Below are positions 38,975 to 50,105 of a stretch of DNA of 64,000 nucleotides, piece by piece. The notes beneath the pieces were generated by a model. The model made no database searches. It was not told where the DNA came from and saw only the letters and a program-made list of their open reading frames with translations. Source of the stretch: Dictyostelium discoideum (taxonomy: Eukaryota); the NCBI GenBank assembly GCA_000004695.1, contig CM000153.2, forward strand, positions 3,008,001 to 3,072,000. The letters are read 5' to 3'. The number at the start of each line of letters is the position of its first letter. The stretch's first letter is position 1. The position numbers and the translations under genes are program-made.

Positions 38975-39050
38975 ATATCCACTTTAATCCCAATTATTCA
39001 AATTGTGAAATTAAATATCCACTTTAATCCCAATTATTCAAATATAAAAA
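38975..39050. promoter_or_regulatory. Direct repeat of 2 x 29 bp (atatccactttaatcccaattattcaaat) located 20-90 bp upstream of the peroxiredoxin Q (PrxQ/BCP-type) ATG.
   Basis: Two exact copies are separated by 9 bp (gtgaaatta). They are relatively GC-containing within the AT-rich leader. Confidence 0.5.
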
Positions 39051-39068
39051 TAAATAATTAGAAAAAAA

Positions 39069-39362
39069 ATGACAAAATTAAAAGTTGATGACCAAGCTCC
39101 AGATTTTTCTGGAATTGACCAAAATGGTAAAAATATCTCATTGAGCCAATTTAATGGAAAACCATTAGTATTATTTTTCTATCCAAAAGGTAAAGTAATA
39201 ATTTAAAAAAAAAGAAAAAAACATATATATATATATTAATCTATATAAATTAATATTTTTAAAATTAAATGTATTAATATTTTATTATTGTTATTATAGA
39301 TGATAGTAAAACTTGTACAAATGAAGCATGTGAGTTTAGAGATAAGTATAGTTCATTTGTAA

Positions 39363-39418
<56 letters not shown>

Positions 39419-39766
39419 CATTAAATAATAAAATTAAATATTAATTAATTATTTTTATTTAAAATTAATTAGGTAAATGCTGGTGCTGATGTTATTGGTA
39501 TAAGTAATGATGATCCAGAATCTCATGCAAACTTCATTTCCAAGAATAGCCTTCCATACACTTTAATCTCTGATAAAGATGGTGAAATTGCTAAAAAGTA
39601 TGGTGTACATAAAGAATTATTATTCTTTCCAGGAAGAACCACCTTTATTTTAAATAAGGATCATAAAATTATTGGTACCCATTCAAGCTTAATTAATGCA
39701 TCATCTCATATTCAAGAATCACTTAAAGCAATTGACCACTTGAAAGGTGGTACACCAGTTCACTAA
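39069..39766 (+). CDS. Peroxiredoxin Q / bacterioferritin comigratory protein (BCP)-type thiol peroxidase. Three exons: 39069-39189, 39300-39358 and 39473-39766.
   Basis: [40 protein letters not shown]|[20 protein letters not shown]|[21 protein letters not shown]... matches the PrxQ/BCP consensus FYPKDDTPGCTKQACAFRD, including the peroxidatic Cys. Splice sites are AAAAG|GTAAAG, tatag|ATGATAG, TTT|GTAAGT and aattag|GTAAATGC. Confidence 0.8.
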
Positions 39767-39825
39767 AAAAAAAACTAAAAAAAACAAAAATCCAAAAAAA
39801 ATTTTTTACCAAGAAAAACAAAATC

Positions 39826-39862
<37 letters not shown>

Positions 39863-39965
39863 ATCCAAAAACTCTAAATTAGAAAATAAATAAAATAAAT
39901 CATAGTTATTAAATCCATACAAATTTTACAATAAATAAAACCCATTTAAGTATTTTATAATTTTA

Positions 39966-40910
39966 TTAATTTTTCTTTGAAGAATTTGAAGATGAAGATA
40001 ATTTTCCTTTATCTCTTTTTTTCTTTATTACATTATCTTGTTCCACTATTTCATTTCTATCGTTTATCTAAAAATTAATAAATAAATAAATAAAAAAAAG
40101 AATTTATTAATAACCACCCCCACCCCAATTAAATTAATAAAATAAATAATAAAACCTAATAAAATAAATAATAAAACCTACAGAATTTAAATAAGTAGAA
40201 GAAGATGTTGAAAAAAGACGATCAGATTCTTTCCATCTTAATTTTTTTAAAGCGCCACTACCAGATATATAACTATCAAATCCTCTAATAACATTACCCA
40301 CATGATGAGTATCCTCTAAATATCTGCCCTCCAATGCATAAATTTGTTTCTCTAGTGTGGCTAATTTATTTTCTATATTCTTTTTCTCTGACATTAACTC
40401 TTCAATCTCCACTATAACCTCTTGTTTCATCCTTTTCTTTGGTAATATTGTTGCTATTGGTGTAACTACTGCTGCTGTTGTAGTTGTAGTTGTAGTTGTT
40501 GGTGTTGGGGTTGTTGTTGGTGTTGCATTCGCATTTGTAGATGATGATAATGATGATGATGATGATGATGTATCTGTATTACTATTTAATGTATTTGTAG
40601 TGGTTGTTGATGGTGATGGTGATGGTGATGGTGATGGTAATGTTGTTGTGGTAGTATTAGTTGTATTAGATGGTTGTGCATTTGTTGATGATGATGTTGA
40701 TACTGTGGTTGGTGTTGAATTTGTTTCATTTGTTGTTGTTACTATTTTCTTATCATTATTTTCTGTGGGGGTCAAAGATGGTATAGGTATATTACTACTT
40801 GATTTTTTATTTGATTTTTTATTTACACTTTTTTCATTGTCTTCTATAACATCCTCTCCATCAATTGTTTCCTCTTCTGTTTCCATTGTTACATCTTTAT
40901 TTTCACTCAT
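39966..40910 (-). CDS. Chromatin modification-related protein MEAF6/Eaf6 (a NuA4/HAT complex subunit). Two exons: 40910-40192 and 40067-39966.
   Basis: The conserved core KKNIENKLATLEKQIYALEGRYLEDTHHVGNVIRGFDSYI matches human MEAF6 [37 protein letters not shown]. A long S/T-rich N-terminal extension precedes it. After ...DRLFSTSSSTYLNS the donor is TCT|GTAGGT. The acceptor ttttag|ATAAACGAT gives a basic tail INDRNEIVEQDNVIKKKRDKGKLSSSSNSSKKN*. Confidence 0.7.
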
Positions 40911-41804
40911 TTTTTTTTTTTTTTTAATTTTCCTTTTTTAATTAAAACACTAAAAAAATTTGAAGAAATTTGAAAAATTTTTAAAAAAAAAAAAAAAAAA
41001 AATAATTTCCAAAGTGGCGCAAAAATAACAAAGCATAATTAAAATGTAATGTTTAATAAAATTTAAATAGAAAAAAAAATATCTATTCCTTTTTTCTTAA
41101 ATTTACATTTTATTATTGAATTGATTTAAAAAAAAAATAATAATAATAATAAAAAAAATAAAAAAAAATATTTAAATTATTTTTTTTTTTTTTTTTTTTT
41201 TTGAGAATTACTAAAAAAATAATAAGCAAATAATAAATAAATAAAAAAGTATTAAAATAATATAGGAAAAATTGATTTCTTTTTTTCCATTTATGTTTTT
41301 TTTCCATTTATGTTTTTTTTTTTTTTTTTTTTTTTTTTCAATTTATTTTATTTTTTTTTTATTTTTATTTTTTTTAATTTTAATTATTTTTTAATTTTTT
41401 TTAAATTTTTTCTGATTTATTATATATATATATATAATCAAACTAATAAATAAATAAAAAAGTAAAGATTTGTAAGTATTGTTTTATGTTTTTTTGTTTT
41501 TTTTTATTTTTTTTTTTATATTTTTTTTATTTTTTAATATCACATTATGTGTTAATATAGTGAATCAAAAAACGAGCCAACGTTAAAATTTTTTTTTTTT
41601 TTTTCAATTTTTTGAAAAATTTTTCACGAAGGGCTCGTTGAAATCTTTTTTTTTTTTGATTTTTTTTATTTTTTTTTTAGTGTGTGTATTGAAAATGTAT
41701 GTAACTGATATCATGAATCCGTTTTTCTCAATCTATGACAAAAGATTGAACAATTATTTTTTTTGTATTAATACTAACTTTATCTATCTCAATCTTTAGT
41801 AAAA

Positions 41805-42587
41805 ATGACAAAACCAGTTTATTCAAAGACCCCATCCAACCCAGAAAAATGTAAGCATATAATAATATTTACCCTTTTAACATATCATCTAAAACAAAGA
41901 CTAACCTCTCTCTATTTTTTTTTTAGCCTGCAAATCTCGTGGTTCTAACTTAAGAATTCACTTCAAGGTAAATAGATTATATTATAGCAATTTAGGATAT
42001 GATATAAGAATATAAATGATAAACGATAAATGATATTGGATAGAGGAAAAAGAGAAAAAAGAGGATAATGATAATTGATAGAAAAAGTAGATTATTAATT
42101 TTTGATATAAATTATTGTAATAAAATAATAGAACACCAGAGAATCAGCTATGGCCATCAAAGGTATGCTCTTAACCAGAGCTAAAGCTTACTTAAACAAC
42201 GTTTTAGCCCATAGAGAATGTATCCCATTCAGAAGATTCAAAGGTGGTGTAGGTCGTACTGGTCAAGCCAAAATTTTCGGTACCAGTCAAGGTAGATGGC
42301 CAAAGAAATCTGTTGAACACATTTTATCACTCCTCCAAAATGCTGAAGCCAACGCTGAAGCTAAGGGTTTAAATGTTGAAAAACTCAAGATCGCTCACGT
42401 TCAAGTTCAACGTGCTCAACAACAACGTAGAAGAACCTACAGAGCACATGGTCGTATCAATCCATACATGTGTTCACCATCAACTGTTGAATTCATCCTC
42501 ACTGAAGTTGAAAAAGCTGTCCCAAAACCAGCTGAAGAATCCGCCCAAAAGAAGAAATCTGTCGCCACCCAAGAAATCTCTGCTTAA
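41805..42587 (+). CDS. rpl17: 60S ribosomal protein L17 (uL22). Three exons: 41805-41850, 41927-41967 and 42132-42587.
   Basis: [15 protein letters not shown]|[14 protein letters not shown]|[47 protein letters not shown]...[18 protein letters not shown] matches human RPL17 [36 protein letters not shown]...VPFRRYNGGVGRCAQAK...[18 protein letters not shown]. Donors are T|GTAAGC and AAG|GTAAAT. Confidence 0.9.
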
Positions 42588-42724
42588 ATAAAAAAATATA
42601 ATTATTAAAAAAAATAATAATCTTTTAAAAAAAAAAAAAATACATATATATTTATATTTTATTTATTATTTTTTTTTTTTAAAAAGTCTAAATTTATTTA
42701 TTTATTTAATTTTTTATTTGTTTT

Positions 42725-43108
42725 TTACTCTTCACCATCACTATCATTTTCGCCATCAAAATTTCTTAAATCGATTTCATTGGCTCTATCAGGTTGTTGG
42801 TCAATTATATTTAAAATTTTAATCAATTCATTTAAATGGTTTGGACTTGCTTTTGAAATTATAATATTACAAATTGAACCACCAACTAATTTTAATTCAA
42901 TTGTACATTTTCCATCATCTATAAAATTACTATAAATTCTTGATAAAGATTCTTCAAGTTTGAAATGAACCATTTTAGTTCCTTTACCAATACCTAAACA
43001 AATTTGTGATTGTCCATTTCTAAATAATGTAATTCCTTTAGTTGCAGGTCTAGGTTGTTTTCTTTGTTGATTTAAATAATCCACCACTGTATTACATTCT
43101 ATATGCAT
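42725..43108 (-). CDS. Small hypothetical protein, 127 aa, with an acidic C-terminus.
   Basis: It is a single ORF with normal amino-acid complexity. The sequence runs MHIECNTVVDYLNQQRKQPRPATKGITLFRNGQSQICLGIGKGTKMVHFKLEESL... and ends DGENDSDGEE. I could not assign a family. Confidence 0.4.
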   Translation of the reverse strand: MHIECNTVVDYLNQQRKQPRPATKGITLFRNGQSQICLGIGKGTKMVHFKLEESLSRIYSNFIDDGKCTIELKLVGGSICNIIISKASPNHLNELIKILNIIDQQPDRANEIDLRNFDGENDSDGEE

Positions 43109-43318
43109 TTTTTTTAAATTTTATTTTTTAGGACCAAGTTATCTGTGAAGTTTTATTTTTGATCAAAAAAAAAAAAATAAAAAAAAAAATAAAAAAAAAA
43201 ATACAAAAATAAAAAAAAAATAAAAATAACAAAAATAAAAATGAAAAAAAAAGGGTGTAAAATTTATGGTTTTCTAAAAATACAATTCTAAATGTTTTTC
43301 TGTTTTCTTTTCTTTTTT

Positions 43319-43355
<37 letters not shown>

Positions 43356-43377
43356 TAAAATTAATTGTAATAATACC

Positions 43378-44986
43378 CTAAAGTGTATATTCTTCACCTT
43401 CACTCTCTGAATTTTCATTACTATTATTAATATTATTATTATGGGTATTATTATTTGATCCAAATTTATTTAAATTTCTATTACTACCACTATTATTACT
43501 ACTTCCATTACTGCTAATACTAAAAAAAAAAAAATTTGGAAATGTTGAAAAAAAAAATCTTAAAAATGAACTTGAGGATTTTGAATTTGATAGTTTTGGA
43601 ACACCATGTCTCCATTCATCTTGATTATTACTATTTGGTGAGCCAAATTTGGATTTATCAGGACTTTTACTTAAATTATAATCAATTGATGAGTTTAAAT
43701 TTGATTGGTGCCTATTATTATTATTATTATTATCTATATTATTATTATTATAATTATTATTATTTTGTTTATCAAATGAAGAATTTAAAGAAGGTTTAAA
43801 ATTATTTTCAAAACTATTTAAAACATTAATTGAAGAATCTGGATTTGGTAAAGTTGAAATTGCTTTCCAATTACCATCATTATATACAAGTTCCCATTGA
43901 GCTCTTTGAGCTTTTAGGGTAAGACTATTTTCAATTAGTTGAACGATTGCATTTTGAATTTCAGATAACCATTGTGAACGTACTTGTTGGCTTTCACAAA
44001 CGAAATAATGAGTTTTAATGGGTGAAACTAAAAAAAAAGAAGTTGTATCTTCAGAGTTGAAAATTGTCATTGCAGTTACTAATGGAATGATTTTATCAAC
44101 TTTACTAATAGTAGTACCAGATAGTGGTGTGATTGAACTAATTGTAATTAGGATATCATTACAAAGGTAAACCATTCTATTTTGAATGGAATTATCACGT
44201 AATGATTTCTTTTGTAGTTTGCCCTCTTTAATGAGTTTTCTGTGCGCTTCCACTAGATTTGGGTAAGTTAATGGTCCTAAATATTTTGCATGTGTATCGA
44301 ATATATTCTGTAATGCTATTAGTTTCTTTCGATTTTGGTCCTCACTTATACCGTCATTTACAACCTGTGCTATATTTTTCAATTGAGTTGCTGCCAATGA
44401 GCATTGATGATAATCTTTATGTGTGGGTTTGGTGGCTGTATATAATGCTTCCAATAATAGTATATATCGTGGTACCCTTTGAATTGGTGCTATCAATAGT
44501 GAGGGTAGATCCAATGATTTACAACGTATATCTTTTTCACGTGCTTTTAACCATAGATTAAATTGTGGTGTATTGGTTCTAAGATTCTTTAATGTTTCAA
44601 TTGAGTTACTATAATTTTCTGAATATTGTTTATAACATTTAAAAAATGGACTTAAACTAACAAATATATCTCCCATACCTTGTTCGGGTGACCATTGTTT
44701 TAATCTTGGATCAATCTTTTCAAATAATATATTACTTAATCCATAGATATTCTCTATATGTGAAAATATTGAATGAATATCACTCTCTTTAATAGTCCAT
44801 TGAAATCCTTCTACTGATTCTTGTTTACAAATTAACATCATTGGTTTTAAAAATAATTCAATAATTGTATTTAATTGTTCATTATAATATTTTTCTGTTG
44901 ACCAAATTTCTTTTGAAATTTCTCTTCTTTTAATTTCCAGTTTAACTATTTTAGGTTAATAAAAAAAAAAAATTAATTTTTTATGG

Positions 44987-45017
<31 letters not shown>

Positions 45018-45132
45018 GCATAATAAAATAAAATAATTTTAACCTACTAATTTTTAAATAGTTTTTTCTTTGAACATAGGCTGCAAATGCTGACCCAATA
45101 ACAGATTTCTCATTTTTTGTAAGGTAAACCAT
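43378..45132 (-). CDS. RhoGEF (Dbl-homology + PH domain) protein. At least 2 exons: 45132-about 45046 and about 44955-43378.
   Basis: The DH domain runs EISKEIWSTEKYYNEQLNTIIELFLKPMM ... LLIAPIQRVPRYILLLEALYTATKPTHKDY. A PH-like region follows (VYLCNDILITISS...SQWLSEIQNAI), and then an N/S-rich tail. Exon 1 reads MVYLTKNEKSVIGSAFAAYVQRKNYLKIS (IQ-like) and splices via a GTAGGT/GTTAAA-type donor to aaaatag|TTAAACTGG. Confidence 0.65.
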
Positions 45133-45970
45133 TTAAAAATATTATTATTATTAACTATTTTTATTTTTTTTATTTTTATTTTTTTTATTTTTTTTATTTT
45201 TTGATTGTCGGATTATTTTTTTATATTTTTTATATTTTTTATTTTTTTAAAAAATATTTAATCGATTTGATTTGTTATTTATTATTTTTATCTTTTTAAT
45301 GTAATAGTATGATGTAAGGAGGTAAAAAAAAAAAAAAAAAAAAAAATCAATTTTGGTTTTTTTTTTTTTTTTTTGAAATTGATTGATCAATTGAATGTTT
45401 TATGTGAAATAAATGATTTTTCCAAATCATAAAGAAAAAGTCAAAAAAAATAAAAAATAAAAAATAAAAAAAAAAAAAATAAAAAAAAAAAAAAAATAAA
45501 AAAAGTACATTTTCAAACTGTTTCGAAATTTTGGAGTAAACAATGGCTTAATTGTCGTTGTTAATTTAAAAATAACAAAAATGTTAAAATACGTTCGACA
45601 TGGAAAATATGTTTTTTTTTAATCAAATAAATAAAATAAAAAAAATTAAAAAATTAAAAAATAATAGAAAATAAAAAAAAAAAATCAATGGTGCAAATAT
45701 TATATTAGATATTTTCATGATGTTTTTTTGAAAAAAAAAAAAATTAAAGAAAAAAAAAAGAAAAAAAAAAAAATTTAAAGTTTGAAAAAATAGGTGACCC
45801 ACTACTATTATCTTTGTTTACAATCGCAAATCTTTTTTTTTTAATTAAACTATCTTTTTTTTTTTTTTGTTTTTTCACTCATTCATTATTTTATTTTTTT
45901 TTTTTTTTTTTTTTACATTTTTTTTTTTTCTTTATAATATATATATATATTTTATTATCTTTTTATAAAG

Positions 45971-46847
45971 ATGGATATTTCAAAAATTGGAAATAATACA
46001 TATGCATTATATCGTAAATATAAGGTAATGCTTCCAAGTGGAATAAATTGGTTTGCACCATTTCCAGGATACGACAACGATTTACCAAAAGAAGTTGAAG
46101 CTATAGTTTCAATAACACCATTTGATTACTCAAATATAATTGATAATGTTAATTTAATTATCAAAACAAATGACATAAAGAAAAGAAAAGTTATTCTTTA
46201 TTTAATAATTTCATTAGTTATTGGTTGTTTAGTACCAATTTTAAAATATGCACCATGGTATATTTTAATGATCACTTGTATCATTGTATATTCTTCAATA
46301 TTTATTTTAATTACAAAATTAATATTATCAATTAATAATGTAAGTTATTTATTCTTTTTTTTTAGAAAAAAAAAAAACAAAAAAAGTGATAAATTAATTG
46401 ATTTTCTTTTTCCAAAAAAAAAAAAAAAAAAAAAAAAAAAAGATGAAAAATGAAGTGGATCAAAAGATTAAAGAATTTAATTCAAAATATTTTGAAACAC
46501 TTGGAATAAAGTTTACGTTTAAAACTAAAAAAAATACAACAAGACATTATCCATATAAATTGAGATTATTATACCCACTCTCTCAACAACAATTAGAATT
46601 AATTAGACAATTCCAAAATATTGATAAACAATATAAAGCAGATGCATTGGACCAAATAATTAATGTTAAACCACATAAATTACAACAAAAAAATCAACCA
46701 CAAAAACAACAACAACCATCATCATCACCATCTTCAAAACAAAATGAAAATCATCAACAACAACAAATAATTGATATCGGATTTGATAATGATTTTGGAG
46801 ATTATGATGATAATTATGATGATAATTCATCACTTTTACAAAAATAA
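45971..46847 (+). CDS. Predicted two-TM membrane protein with a Q-rich acidic C-terminal exon. Two exons: 45971-about 46339 and about 46441-46847.
   Basis: Exon 1 (...PKEVEAIVSITPFDYSNIIDNVNLIIKTNDIKKRKVILYLIISLVIGCLVPIL...YILMITCIIVYSSIFILI) ends at AATAAT|GTAAGT. Exon 2 begins after a poly-A tract at aaaag|ATGAAAAATGAAGTG. The juxtamembrane pattern resembles the 8789-12199 family. Confidence 0.4.
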
Positions 46848-47335
46848 ATTATTAATATAATAAATTGTTATATACAAATAATTACAATAAAATAAAAAAA
46901 ATAAAAAAAACCTTTGATCAATTATTATTTTATTTACCCCGATCTCACTTGGATCTTACTTAAACTTTTAATTGTTTTTTTTTTATTTTTATTTTTTTTT
47001 ATTTTTTTTTTTTTTTAATTTTATTTTTTTTTAATTTTTTTTTTTTTAATTTTTTTTTTTTTTTTTCCACACAAAAAAAAAAAAAAATCAAAATTTAAAA
47101 AATCTTTCCTCCTCACCACCTTTGTACTATATACTTTTTAATAAATTAAACTTTCAATATTTATTTATTTATTTATTTATTTATTTTTTTTAAAAAAATT
47201 TAAATTTATATAAAAAATATAGTAAAAAAAGTTTTTTTTATATCATACACACAACACAACACATCACACACACCATATATATCTTGTAATATTAAAAAAA
47301 AAAAAAAAAAAAAAAGAAAGAAAAAAAAAAAAAAA

Positions 47336-48667
47336 ATGGTATTAATTACAAGATATTTACCATCAGTAACAGATAATAATCAACCAGCATTAGAAGGTCA
47401 AAGTAAAGATCAAATTGTTGATACAGTTATTACAAGTACTACAGTTGGTATTATTAATCAATTAACAATGTTAGTTGCACATTCCAATAGTATTTTCACA
47501 GCTTTAGCTAATGATGCAAATTTGGTAACACAAAGAATTGAGAAATTAGGATCTAGAATTAGACCACTCATTCAATCAATACCATCGATTGAAGATTATC
47601 ATAGAAATACATCAATCGATACAATGAATAGTAAACCAAGAGCAGAGTTTCATGCTGATAACAGTGAAAGAAATCAACATTTTACTCATGCCTCAATACC
47701 GGCATCAATCAATACTGTCTATGAAAAATGTAAACCACCACCAAATCTTCAATTATTGGACCCATACATGGACGATGGTCAAAAATCATTAAAACTCTAC
47801 ACCAATCCAGACTTTTTCATGGATGAATGGGTTGCTGAACAACAAAAACTTCATGAAGAGGCCAGACAAAGAAAACGTGAGCGTAGAGAAGCACGTTTAA
47901 AGAAAAAAGGTGAAAAGAATGAAGTAGAGGTTAAAAAAGTTAAATCCGTTACAAAGGTACGTTATGATCCTGTAACTGGTGAGAAAATTACTATCAATAT
48001 TGAAAGTCCACACACTTCATCACCACAAATTCAACATCAATCCAACAACACCGCCACTCCACAACATACCACCCAACACTTTGGTACCAATCAATACCAA
48101 GCACCACCACCACCACCATTATCTCAATCTTCACCATCTCAACAACATTCACCAATCAATTCCTATACTCCACCTCCACCACCATTAAATACAAGCACCC
48201 CTTCACCATCCTCTTCATTCCAAGGTAGACCACCTTCAACTGGTTTCAATACTCCACCACCACCAATGTCAAATAATAATAATATGCCACCACCACCACC
48301 AATGCAACAAAATGGTGGAGCTGCAAACAATCGTTTATCAGTCCATAACTCGGCTCCAATTGTTGCTGCTCCAGCTCCACCACCACCACCACCACCACCT
48401 TCAGCACCTGCCCCACCACCACCTCCAATGGCTAAAGCTGGTGGAGGTGCCTCTGACATTAAACCAAAAGCATCCGGTGCTCGTTCAGATCTTCTCTCTT
48501 CAATTATGCAAGGTATGGCATTAAAACCAGCTGAAGAACGTAAGGTTGCTGAAGCTCCAAAGAAAGAAGAAGCATTGAATGTAGCTGATATTCTCGCTAG
48601 ACGTATTGCTTGGGCTGGTGATAGTGATTCCTCTGAAGATGAATCTGATGATTCTGATTGGGATTAA
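47336..48667 (+). CDS. scrA: SCAR/WAVE, the Arp2/3 activator. 443 aa, single exon.
   Basis: The N-terminal SCAR-homology domain reads ...SKDQIVDTVITSTTVGIINQLTMLVAHSNSIFTALANDANLVTQRIEKLGSRI. A basic region and a long poly-proline region follow (PPPPPLSQSSP...PPPPPPPPSAPAPPPPP). The WH2 motif is RSDLLSSIMQGMALKPAEERK. The C-terminal acidic/connector region is ADILARRIAWAGDSDSSEDESDDSDWD*. The size and domain order match Dictyostelium SCAR. Confidence 0.9.
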   Translation: MVLITRYLPSVTDNNQPALEGQSKDQIVDTVITSTTVGIINQLTMLVAHSNSIFTALANDANLVTQRIEKLGSRIRPLIQSIPSIEDYHRNTSIDTMNSKPRAEFHADNSERNQHFTHASIPASINTVYEKCKPPPNLQLLDPYMDDGQKSLKLYTNPDFFMDEWVAEQQKLHEEARQRKRERREARLKKKGEKNEVEVKKVKSVTKVRYDPVTGEKITINIESPHTSSPQIQHQSNNTATPQHTTQHFGTNQYQAPPPPPLSQSSPSQQHSPINSYTPPPPPLNTSTPSPSSSFQGRPPSTGFNTPPPPMSNNNNMPPPPPMQQNGGAANNRLSVHNSAPIVAAPAPPPPPPPPSAPAPPPPPMAKAGGGASDIKPKASGARSDLLSSIMQGMALKPAEERKVAEAPKKEEALNVADILARRIAWAGDSDSSEDESDDSDWD

Positions 48668-49090
48668 AAAATATATTTTTGGTACCAAAAACTATCACTC
48701 TTGCGAAATTTAAGTTATAAAAAGAAAAAAAAAATAATAAAAAAATTTAAGTTAATAAAAAAAAATATAATAAGAATAATGCATAATCATTTTAATTTAC
48801 GTGTCCTGTTTTGATGGATTTTTTTTTTTTTTTGAGTTAAAGGTATTACTTTATTTATTTATTCAATTTTTATAATTATTAAATTATTAATTATAAAATT
48901 TGTTTAAAAATAAATGTATAAAATAATAAATAATTTTAATAATGGAAAAGTATTTATAATAAATTGGGTGTTTGCAATAATTATTTGAACTTTTTAGTAT
49001 TGTATGTTGTCTGTTGTTGTTTGTTTGTTTGTTTTTTGAAACTCAAGGTTATAACATCCGAAGTTCGGATTTTTATGAAAAATCCAAAAG

Positions 49091-49162
49091 CTCCCTGTCC
49101 GGGAATTGAACCCGGGCCTTTCGCGTGACAGGCGAAAATCCTCACCACTAGACCAACAAGGA
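49091..49162 (-). tRNA. tRNA-Asp (anticodon GUC), a second copy identical to the one at 21253-21324.
   Basis: It is 72/72 nt identical to the first copy and shares 18 nt of identical 5' flank (ggatatttgatatttttt). Downstream on the plus strand lies GAAGTTCGGATTTTT (49061-49075), a B-box-like element. Confidence 0.9.
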
Positions 49163-50105
49163 TATTTGATATTTTTTGTTATCGAATTGCATAATTTGGT
49201 ATAATACAGCCAATTCAAAAAAAAAAAAAAAACGGTATAATACAACCATGAAATAATTTGTGAAATAATATTTCAAATAATAATTTTATTAATTTCATCA
49301 AAGATCAAAAATAATATTTTTTATTTAATTTTATTATTAATAATTATGTCACTCATTTAATTTATTATAAATATAAAAAAAAAATTTATTTTTAATTCAG
49401 GTTGTTAATCTCAATGTTAAGCGATAAAAGCTATTAAATAAAAATATAAATAAATAAATATAAATATAAATATAAATATAAATTAATATATAAAGTGTTT
49501 TAAAGATTATTAAATATAAAATTAAGATTAAATTTTAAATATAAATAAAAATTATAATATTTGTAATATAATTACAAAAGACCACTTTCGTTACATTTTT
49601 TTGTAATAAAGCTCGTTTGGTTTATTTTTAATTAATATATTTATATTTAAGATTTATATATTTGTTTAATATTTTGTTATCTTCATTTATAGTTTGTATT
49701 TTAATTATAATAATCGGATAATATTTATAAAATTAATATTTAGTATTTATATTGTTTATAATGAGTTGATAGAATTATTATTATTATTATTTAAATGTGT
49801 GTCATAAATAAAACTAATTATTATTGTTTATTTCATTAATGGATAAACCCTGATTAATCAATATTAAAAATTGAAGCTTATTCCATTATTAAATTTAATT
49901 TTTTTTGTGATCATTTGTATTTTTTTACAAATAATAATAATATAAATAATATAAATATAATAATAAAAATATATTAAATATGATAATAAAAATAATTATA
50001 AAATATAATTAAATAAATATATTTGATTTAAATAATAAAAGTTATAATAAATAAATAATAAAAAAGAGACCAAAAAACTATTATTATTATTTTTATCATT
50101 TATTT

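Noticed and set aside
40357-40941. Plus-strand 194-aa ORF rich in Val/Gly/Asp.
   Set aside because: It is antisense to the S/T-rich N-terminal extension of the MEAF6 gene (A/G/T-rich codons read in reverse). The minus-strand gene has clear homology.
43128-43463. Minus-strand 111-aa ORF with poly-Lys and poly-Phe.
   Set aside because: It overlaps the 3' end and UTR of the RhoGEF gene in another frame. It is homopolymer-derived.
48163-48459. Minus-strand Gly-rich ORFs (48163-48459, 48246-48428) and plus-strand His-rich ORFs (47979-48188, 48312-48524).
   Set aside because: They are alternative or antisense frames of the poly-proline region of scrA. SCAR homology fixes the true frame.
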